Shown: positions 33,779 through 41,913 of the stretch, piece by piece
Position numbering within the stretch: the stretch's first letter is position 1
How the letters are laid out: the number at the start of each line of letters is the position of its first letter
Assembly: GCA_016931435.1 (NCBI GenBank)
Contig: JAFGET010000109.1
Location: forward strand, 1 to 41,913
Length of the DNA stretch: 41,913 bases
Origin: Candidatus Omnitrophota bacterium
Lineage (GTDB): Bacteria > Omnitrophota > Gorgyraeia > Gygaellales > Profunditerraquicolaceae
Direction: 5' to 3'
Made by a program: the position numbers and the translations under genes
The notes under the pieces: model-generated
What the model was told of the DNA's origin: nothing
Database searches by the model: none
What the model saw: the letters and a program-made list of their open reading frames with translations, nothing else

Positions 33779-34861
33779 TTATGCGGCAATCCTTCTCTCT
33801 AATACCATCGGGGAGGTTAGCCGATTTTTATAAACAGGGCTTTCTTTAAAACCTAACCTTTTAAAAAGCATGCGGCTAAGGAAGTCTTTTTTAAAAACGC
33901 TGGCAAAAATCAAAGATACCCCGAATGCTTTCAGTAATTCATCGGATTTACGCACTAACCCTTCTTCCAGGCGGCTACCCCAGAATAGGGGATGAATCTT
34001 TACTTGAGCTAACCACCATCCGGGATAAAGACAACTTTTTGGCTTTAATATAAAAGACAGGCTGGCTGTCGTTTCTGTCCCGGCTTTGACAGTAAGCGTC
34101 CATTTTTTTATTTTATCTTCGTTTTGCCGGCACATAGAACTAAACAATTCCCGGAAGGAGATATCAGTATTAAATAAAGAATCTATATTGTTGTTTAGCG
34201 GCATCTGAACGGAAAATTGCATGCTTTTGGGAACAGGGAATAATATCCGAAATGCCTTCCGAAATAAAAAAGATTGGAGTACAAAAGCCTCTATATAAAG
34301 CCAGACTACCGCTAATATCCATTTAGACTTATGCAGGGCAAAAAAAGCCTTTAGATAGAATTTTTTTAGCGCGGAATAAGGCCTTTTTTCTACGCTCACA
34401 AGCCGCCCACCTCTTTCGGCGGCCGTAACTACACCTATGATATCTTCGTCAAAGCTCGGGCCATCATCTCTGCCTTTGGCATTATCCGGGCGGGTGACAA
34501 TAAAAGGCGCGCCGTTCTCATTCCCCTTTTTGATAGTGCGGTGGGCAAAAAGATGGTTGTTACGACGGTAAAGGGCGACTTCCCCTATTTGTATATCTTC
34601 TGTCCTTTTTAATTCTACGCGCAGCTTATCCGTGGGGCGAATGCAAGGATACATACATAGCCCCTTAGCGGATAAATTAACCTTGTTATTTTGTATTAAC
34701 ACCTCTTTAAACTCAACTAGTTTCGCTAAGGTCCCGCCTTCCTCTTTTAACCAGGAAAATGCCGCCGTATATCTAAAGCTATTTTGTATATCGGCGCAAG
34801 TAGGGATATAATTATAGTTCCGGAAGCAAAATTTCTTATTTTGTGGGTTAGCGCAAGACAT
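33779..34861 (-). CDS. fusion protein: SipW/Sec11-type (S26B-like) peptidase domain with Cys in the nucleophile position, TM segment, GNAT-like C-terminal domain
   Basis: AKGLCMYPCIRPTDKLRV fits G-x-S-M-x-P-x-x-x-x-GD with Ser replaced by Cys69. HLFAHRTIKK is the HR(V/I) His motif of S26B. TM: WILAVVWLYIEAFVLQSFLF. C-terminus WWLAQVKIHPLFWGSRLEEGLVRKSDELLKAFGVSLIFASVFKKDFLSRMLFKRLGFKE is GNAT-like. The start overlaps the PqqD-like stop by 14 nt. Confidence 0.55.
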   Translation of the reverse strand: MSCANPQNKKFCFRNYNYIPTCADIQNSFRYTAAFSWLKEEGGTLAKLVEFKEVLIQNNKVNLSAKGLCMYPCIRPTDKLRVELKRTEDIQIGEVALYRRNNHLFAHRTIKKGNENGAPFIVTRPDNAKGRDDGPSFDEDIIGVVTAAERGGRLVSVEKRPYSALKKFYLKAFFALHKSKWILAVVWLYIEAFVLQSFLFRKAFRILFPVPKSMQFSVQMPLNNNIDSLFNTDISFRELFSSMCRQNEDKIKKWTLTVKAGTETTASLSFILKPKSCLYPGWWLAQVKIHPLFWGSRLEEGLVRKSDELLKAFGVSLIFASVFKKDFLSRMLFKRLGFKESPVYKNRLTSPMVLERRIAA

Positions 34862-35153
34862 GGACTATTTTTCTCTTGAGAAGCTCTTTTAAAAAACTTC
34901 GGACATCTTGTTTGATGGTATCGGGGGGCGCGCTGAATTCTTTGGATAGCTCTTCTACAACTGCCTTTAAGCTCTTCTTTTGAGCCAATTGATCCCAAAC
35001 TGCCCTGCCGGTTTCATTAGCGCTGAATATCACCTCTTCTTCGTTTGACCCCACGGCGCTAATGGGGATAAGGATAAGCTCCCCCTGTACGTCTCTTGCC
35101 ACCACATCTTCCGAGGGGACATAGGTCTTGTTTAAGTCAATTTCTACTGTCAC
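34848..35153 (-). CDS. PqqD-family RiPP recognition element (RRE) protein
   Basis: 101 aa, GTG start with GGAG 7 nt upstream. VVARDVQGELILIP....IFSANETGRAVWDQLAQKKSLKAVVEELSKEFSAPPDTIKQDVRSFLKELLKRKIV matches the PqqD pattern (vlln..tg.y.LN.tg..iW.l..g..tl.eiv..l...y.v....DV..fl..L...gl). Confidence 0.7.
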   Translation of the reverse strand: MTVEIDLNKTYVPSEDVVARDVQGELILIPISAVGSNEEEVIFSANETGRAVWDQLAQKKSLKAVVEELSKEFSAPPDTIKQDVRSFLKELLKRKIVHVLR

Positions 35154-35317
35154 TATACGCTCCTTTTTATAAATTATTTATTCTATCGACGCGTTTCCCG
35201 GCTCCTCTTACAATCGGCTGACGGATTCAATCGCTTTTCCTAATCTTCTATTCTCGGCTCTGTCTACAGCACCTTTACATTGTAGCCTTGAAATCGTTCT
35301 TTGTAACGCAAGAAATG

Positions 35318-37327
35318 CTACCTAAATATTAAAAAAAGGCGCCTAAGGTGCTTATGTTTTACATAAAATTGGGTGCGTATAAACGGCTTCCTTGATTTAA
35401 GTAAAGCCTTATGTAATTCTTCTTTGGATAATTTAATCTCAACGTTTTTTTTGAGGCATCTGGCAAGTGAAATATTGATCAGAGGGTCCGACGGGTCGAT
35501 TTTTTCGGCCTTTTTAAGTTCAATTATAGCCTTGGAAAACTCCCCTATCCCCATATAGGCTCTTCCTAAAAAATGCGGGATATTATGAAACCTGCGGAAT
35601 ATATCATTTAGGGCAGAAGATTTATTGATCTCGCTTATGGCACCGGAATATTGTTTGTTTTTAAAAAGGATCTCTGCTTTCTGGATGATAAAGAGGGCTT
35701 TTTCTTTACCAGCCAAATATTGAAAAAAGATTTTTTTAAATTCGGCCTTGCTTTTACGGGGCATTTTTTTTCTCAGCGCTCTAATCTCTTGGTATAGATC
35801 TTGGGTCTTTTTAAACAATTGTTGCTCTCTGTGGCTTAAGCCTACGGAGAAATAATTATAAATTTGCTTGCAGCTGAAATCAGGATTCCAATCATAAAGG
35901 TTAATCAGGGATTCGACCGCGGATTGAATATTGCCTCGCATCTGATAACAGTAGGCGAGATTTACAATACAGAAGGAACGGATCTCTGCTTTTTCGGCTG
36001 GTTCCAAATATTTTGTTCTACTTAAGGCTTTCCCCGTATTCAAGAAATATGAAATTGCTTCATCAAACCGTGATTGACGCCGAAGATAAATTCCTTGATA
36101 AAACCAGTAAATAGCCTGATTCGGCCTATCTTTTTTGCAGGCTATGCTTATATATTTTGCTGCGCCCCCGTAATTTTTAGTTATCAGGCTTTCGAGAATA
36201 AGCCCTGCCCAAAGATTGCGATATCTCGTCCTCTTATGAAAAAGCCTGCATTGTGGGATATATACATACACACAAGGTATGTTCAAGGTTTTATCTGTCG
36301 CGATAATAAAAAAAACACGCATTGGTTGTTTGTCTAATAATTCTTTGATTCTTTTTATTTCCAAAAACATGTTCGGGTCGGAGATATTAGGGATATCTTC
36401 CATAGAGATAGTTTTATCGTGCCTAAAGTGAAACTTAACCGAAGGGGTCTTTCTGACTACATCTCTATTGCCTTCAACCTGTGAATTTTCTGTCAGGGCC
36501 CTCATCAGCGCCTCGTAGCGATCAGTAGCCGCACCTGCGGTAATCACGCAATAATCTTCATCTATTTTTCTTATTGCTGCGATTATGGGCATGCCTAACC
36601 CGAGCGAAAAATCTTTAATGTAAACTTTTTGGCCAAGCGCATCAACCTTCTTGATTAAATCTTCGGCGGCGGGAAGGTTTATTGTGGTTTTATCGATAAA
36701 CGGGGTTTTTATTTGTTCTGATTCTATTAACGCCAGAAAATGCCTTTCTAGAACCTCGCAAATTCCGTGCAATAATGCTTCTTCCAAAGAATTACCGGCT
36801 GCCATACCATTAGTACTCTCCAAGAGATACCGTATTAAATTCATCGGAAGATATGCCTTTTCCCCTTCCAGGGTATAGCCCTGATACCAGGAGATCTTGG
36901 CAGTTTCTAATTCTTTTACGGATTCCGGATCGCTCAAATGAGGATATTTCAAAATATCTTTTAAACAAAATAAATTATTCCTTAACTGCACTTTAGCAAA
37001 AGAAGACTCAAGGCTTACGTTGTTTTGCAGATATTTACTGCAAGAATACCTTTCAATAAACTCCATCAAGCCGCTTGCTAAAGCTTGCGCCTTAGAATGC
37101 CCTTTTCCATTTTGTCCTATAGACATAGTAAGTTTCTGGTAATCTTCTGTACCCAGGACTCTGACTTGCGGGCTCCTTAACGGTGTTTGCACCTCTAGGT
37201 ATTGCGCTAAAATTGGGGGGGTGAGATTCTTTATTTTTTTTAAAACAATCTCGCAGGTTTTTTCTGGAGCAATGGCCTTGCCGATTGCTTGATCCTTATA
37301 ATTTTTGAAAGAGTCTCTTAAAATCAT
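35318..37327 (-). CDS. YcaO-domain protein with C-terminal TPR-like repeats
   Basis: GQNGKGHSKAQALASGLMEFIERYSC and STNGMAAGNSLEEALLHGICEVLERH are the YcaO ATP/Mg-binding signatures. The last roughly 280 aa are helical repeats (AISYFLNTGKAL..., AVESLINLY..., GRAYMGIGEFSKAIIELKKAEKIDPSDP). Confidence 0.8.
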   Translation of the reverse strand: MILRDSFKNYKDQAIGKAIAPEKTCEIVLKKIKNLTPPILAQYLEVQTPLRSPQVRVLGTEDYQKLTMSIGQNGKGHSKAQALASGLMEFIERYSCSKYLQNNVSLESSFAKVQLRNNLFCLKDILKYPHLSDPESVKELETAKISWYQGYTLEGEKAYLPMNLIRYLLESTNGMAAGNSLEEALLHGICEVLERHFLALIESEQIKTPFIDKTTINLPAAEDLIKKVDALGQKVYIKDFSLGLGMPIIAAIRKIDEDYCVITAGAATDRYEALMRALTENSQVEGNRDVVRKTPSVKFHFRHDKTISMEDIPNISDPNMFLEIKRIKELLDKQPMRVFFIIATDKTLNIPCVYVYIPQCRLFHKRTRYRNLWAGLILESLITKNYGGAAKYISIACKKDRPNQAIYWFYQGIYLRRQSRFDEAISYFLNTGKALSRTKYLEPAEKAEIRSFCIVNLAYCYQMRGNIQSAVESLINLYDWNPDFSCKQIYNYFSVGLSHREQQLFKKTQDLYQEIRALRKKMPRKSKAEFKKIFFQYLAGKEKALFIIQKAEILFKNKQYSGAISEINKSSALNDIFRRFHNIPHFLGRAYMGIGEFSKAIIELKKAEKIDPSDPLINISLARCLKKNVEIKLSKEELHKALLKSRKPFIRTQFYVKHKHLRRLFLIFR

Positions 37328-37404
37328 TTTATGAGGCTCAAAGAGAGATACTTACAAAAGATCCAAGCTTATGCTACAGGGGTAATATTATCATTCGCCA
37401 AATA

Positions 37405-37433
37405 ATATTACTATAACTATAATCATAAGTCAA
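37405..37433 (-). promoter_or_regulatory. sigma70-type promoter for the YcaO module
   Basis: Minus strand: TTGACT (37433..37428), 17 nt, TAATAT (37410..37405). About 75 nt upstream of the YcaO ATG. Confidence 0.55.
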
Positions 37434-37548
37434 TCCGGGTAAAATCTCCCCCTGAGGAATACTTCGGTGGCGATAAAAAGATTTTCTTCGGGTGATCGGC
37501 CGGGAACGTAGGTAAATTAATGCGGTTATGGCTGGGCGGAATACTTTT

Positions 37549-39978
37549 CTATTCTACTTCGGCGATTACGGGGGCGACACAGGAGACGTGGTCTTTAGAA
37601 TCAAGCTTTATCAGGCGCACGCCCTGGGCAGAGCGGCCGGTCTCGCGGATATCTTTTACCGCGCAACGTAAAAATACTCCGTTTTGAGTGATCACCATCA
37701 GCTCATCCTTATCTCCGACGGCTTTGATACTTACTGCCTCGCCGTTTTTATCGGTGACCTTGATATTAATCACCCCCTTGCCGCCGCGGCTGGTCAGGCG
37801 GTATTCGTCAATGGTCGTGCGCTTGGCAAAACCTAAAGCGGTGACTGTTAGGATATTGGTGCCCTTGCTGGCTACTACCAAAGCGATCACTACATCCTTT
37901 TTATCAAGTTTAACTGCGCGCACGCCTTTTGCCCCCCGGCCCATATCCCGGACTTTTTCTTCCTGGAAACGTATGGCTTTGCCCTGGCGCATGCCGATCA
38001 AAAGCTCCTGCTTACCGTCAGTCAGTTCAACGCCGATCAAGGCGTCTCCTTTTTCCAAGTTGATGCCGATGATGCCTCCCTTACGCGGGTTGCTATAAGC
38101 ATCCAGTTTGGTTTTTTTGATCAATCCCTGCTTAGTGATCATCACCAGGAACTTGTCCGGCGAGAACTCCTTCACCGGAATAGTAGCACTGATGTTTTCA
38201 CCTGAAACCATCTGTAAAAGATTGATGATCGCTTTGCCTTTTGCCGCGCGGCTTGCCTGCGGGATCTCATAGGTCTTCAGCCAATAAACCCGGCCTTTGT
38301 CGGTAAAAACAAGGAGATAATCCTTGGTGGAGGCCACAAACAGATGCTCGATAAAATCCTCGTCTTTGACTTCCGCGCCCGTGACCCCCCTGCCTCCGCG
38401 CTTTTGCTTGCGGTAAGAACTTACCGGCAGCCGCTTGATATAACCTCCGTGGCTGATAGTCACTACTACGTCTTCTTCGGCAATAAGGTCCTCTATTTCC
38501 AGCTCTTCTACTTCTCCTACGATATCCGTGCGGCGCTCATCCCCGTACTTTTTCTTTAAATTTTCGAGTTCTTCCTTGATAATGCTTTCCACCTTTTTTT
38601 CGGAAGCAAGTATAGAGCGGCATAATTCGATCTTCTTAAGGAGTTCCTTGTATTCGGCGTCTATCTTATCGCGCTCCAGGGCAGTCAAACGCTGCAGCTG
38701 CATCTCCAAGATGGCCTGGGATTGGATCTCGGAAAGCTCAAACTCCTTCATCAGGCGGCGTTTAGCCTCTTCGGTATTTTTGGAAGTCTTGATCGCCTTG
38801 ATAATGCGGTCAATGAATTTCAACGCGATCTTTAAGCCTTCCAGGATATGCGCGCGCTTAAGCGCTTTATCAAGTTCAAACTGGGTGCGGCGGCGGATGA
38901 TCACCTTGCGGTGTCCGATATAATATTCCAGTATCTGGCGCAGGTTCAAGACGCGCGGGCGGTTATCCACTAAAGCCAACATGATGATACCGAAGGTAGT
39001 CTCAAGCTGCGTATGCTTAAAGACCTGGTTTAGAATAATCTGGGGTTCGCTGTCACGTTTTAATTCTATGACCACCCGCAGCCCGTCTTTATCGGATTCA
39101 TCGCGTATATCTGATATGCCCTCGATTTTCTTATCGTCAACCAGCTCGGCGATAGCCTCGATGAAGGCTGCTTTCTGGACCTGATAAGGGATTTCAGTAA
39201 TAACGATCAAATCTTTGCCGTTCTTCTGGTGCTCTACCGTAGCTTTGGCGCGCACGGTCAATTTTCCTCTTCCCGTAGTATAAGCGTCCTTTATGCCGCC
39301 CTTGCCGCAGATTACTCCGCCCGTAGGAAAATCCGGGCCCTTTACATAACGCATCAGGTCTTTTATCTCAGCCTGTGGATTATCTAATAGATAAATAATG
39401 GCATCGGCTACTTCACTTAAATTGTGCGGGGGAATATTGGTGGCCATCCCAACGGCAATACCGCTTGAGCCGTTGACCAGCAGATTAGGAAGCGTAGCGG
39501 GTAATAACAATGGTTCGCTTAGCGAAGAATCAAAATTCGGCCCAAAATTGACCGTATCTTTATCAATATCGGAGAGCATCTCTTCGGAAATAGAAGACAG
39601 GCGCGCCTCTGTATAGCGCATAGCCGCAGCGGCATCTCCGTCAAGCGAGCCGAAATTACCCTGTCCTTCTACAAGAGGATAACGCAGGGAAAAATCCTGG
39701 GCCATTCTTACCAAAGTATCATAAACGGCTACATCTCCGTGCGGGTGGTATTTTCCCAAGACTTCACCGACGATACGGGCGCATTTTTTGTAGGGTTTAC
39801 TGTGCTCTAACCCCAGCTCCTGCATCGCATAAAGAATCCTTCTGTGCACGGGCTTAAGCCCATCGCGCACATCCGGCAGGGCACGGCCCACGATTACGCT
39901 CATGGCGTAATTTAAGTAAGAATCCTTGACCTCTTCCTCGATATAAACCGGGATTACTTTTTCGTTACGAGTATACAT
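37549..39978 (-). CDS. gyrA: DNA gyrase subunit A
   Basis: [36 protein letters not shown] (catalytic Tyr), and a C-terminal beta-pinwheel with GyrA-box-like QKRGGRG. Confidence 0.95.
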   Translation of the reverse strand: MYTRNEKVIPVYIEEEVKDSYLNYAMSVIVGRALPDVRDGLKPVHRRILYAMQELGLEHSKPYKKCARIVGEVLGKYHPHGDVAVYDTLVRMAQDFSLRYPLVEGQGNFGSLDGDAAAAMRYTEARLSSISEEMLSDIDKDTVNFGPNFDSSLSEPLLLPATLPNLLVNGSSGIAVGMATNIPPHNLSEVADAIIYLLDNPQAEIKDLMRYVKGPDFPTGGVICGKGGIKDAYTTGRGKLTVRAKATVEHQKNGKDLIVITEIPYQVQKAAFIEAIAELVDDKKIEGISDIRDESDKDGLRVVIELKRDSEPQIILNQVFKHTQLETTFGIIMLALVDNRPRVLNLRQILEYYIGHRKVIIRRRTQFELDKALKRAHILEGLKIALKFIDRIIKAIKTSKNTEEAKRRLMKEFELSEIQSQAILEMQLQRLTALERDKIDAEYKELLKKIELCRSILASEKKVESIIKEELENLKKKYGDERRTDIVGEVEELEIEDLIAEEDVVVTISHGGYIKRLPVSSYRKQKRGGRGVTGAEVKDEDFIEHLFVASTKDYLLVFTDKGRVYWLKTYEIPQASRAAKGKAIINLLQMVSGENISATIPVKEFSPDKFLVMITKQGLIKKTKLDAYSNPRKGGIIGINLEKGDALIGVELTDGKQELLIGMRQGKAIRFQEEKVRDMGRGAKGVRAVKLDKKDVVIALVVASKGTNILTVTALGFAKRTTIDEYRLTSRGGKGVINIKVTDKNGEAVSIKAVGDKDELMVITQNGVFLRCAVKDIRETGRSAQGVRLIKLDSKDHVSCVAPVIAEVE

Positions 39979-40041
39979 AAATGAGGCTATAACTTACGAA
40001 ACGAATGAAATGAGCAAACGTAAGTTATTAAGCCGAATTTT
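39979..40041. other. hairpin element, copy G, abutting the gyrA start codon; related to 4440..4587
   Basis: ggctataacttacg (39985..39998) pairs with cgtaagttattaagcc (40019..40034) around a 20-nt loop, aaacgaatgaaatgagcaaa. It has the same flanks (aaatgaggc / gccgaattt) as copy P. Two stem positions differ from copy P with compensating changes. Confidence 0.6.
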
Positions 40042-40096
40042 GAACACCTGATGCTTTTGTTTAGTGAAATCACGCAAGGAGCTATGCTCAACCTAT

Positions 40097-41913
<1,817 letters not shown>

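Noticed and set aside
33689-33850. A 53-aa plus-strand ORF (MTRISPGLSSLSFKRQAYAEHH...) with an AGGAAG upstream. It is convergent with the peptidase-GNAT gene.
   Set aside because: It overlaps the 3' end of that gene by about 70 nt on the opposite strand, would be the only plus-strand gene in the window, and has no recognisable features. It remains a remote precursor candidate but is unsupported.
34747-34998. An 83-aa ORF overlapping the PqqD/peptidase junction, considered as a RiPP precursor.
   Set aside because: It is out of frame inside two well-supported genes, is Arg/Lys-rich, and has no SD. It is a shadow ORF.
35154-35317. Small ORFs in the YcaO-PqqD spacer, considered as precursor peptides. 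Examples are the TTG-started 15-mers (M)NPSADCKRSRETRR and (M)RYKERFQGYNVKVL.
   Set aside because: They are too short for an RRE-bound leader plus core, have non-ATG starts, and have weak or no SD. I cannot support them without conservation data.
37328-37548. Small ORFs upstream of YcaO (MIIVIVILFGE; TTG-started TYDYSYSNIIWRMIILPL).
   Set aside because: They overlap the predicted -35/-10 of the module's promoter, so they would not be on the transcript. They are 11-19 codons only.

Overview
This is a 41.9-kb bacterial chromosomal window. Taxonomy cannot be assigned from the sequence alone. Every gene I can support, and both tRNAs, lie on the minus strand.

In transcription order (high to low coordinates) the window contains:
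- gyrB (5' end off-window) and gyrA.
- A three-gene module behind its own promoter: a YcaO-TPR protein, a PqqD-type RRE, and a fused S26B-like peptidase / TM / GNAT protein.
- tRNA-Glu, glmS and rsmI.
- An MSHA / type-IVa-pilus-like assembly cluster: an MshE/PilB ATPase with an MshEN-like N-terminus, a PilM-PilN fusion, a PilO-like protein, a small MerR-like regulator, an ExeA/MshM ATPase, a PilP/GspC-like protein, and a secretin with a TonB_C-like tail.
- A roughly 330-nt structured leader ending in two tandem terminators.
- Two large secreted proteins: about 1267 aa with a degenerate C-terminal Fic motif, and 486 aa with a transglutaminase-like Cys-His-Asp tail.
- A long pyrimidine operon (PyrR-type leader, pyrR-pyrB-pyrC ... 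carA-carB ... pyrK ... pyrD-pyrF). It is interrupted by Mut7-C, an EndoQ-like nuclease, tRNA-Arg, a TIGR00725 protein, mutM, an ICMT-like methyltransferase, a GT2 and a TauE protein.
- The start of a V-type ATPase operon.

The best candidates for something new are:
1. The YcaO/RRE/Cys-variant-peptidase-GNAT module, which has no precursor gene in cis.
2. The secreted Fic-like giant protein plus its transglutaminase-like neighbour, with their flanking 73-nt repeats and structured leader.
3. Two non-coding repeat families: heptanucleotide-periodic inverted arrays in intergenic spacers, and a covarying hairpin element just 5' of gyrA and the GT2 gene.

All function calls come from motif recognition by eye. 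No searches were run.
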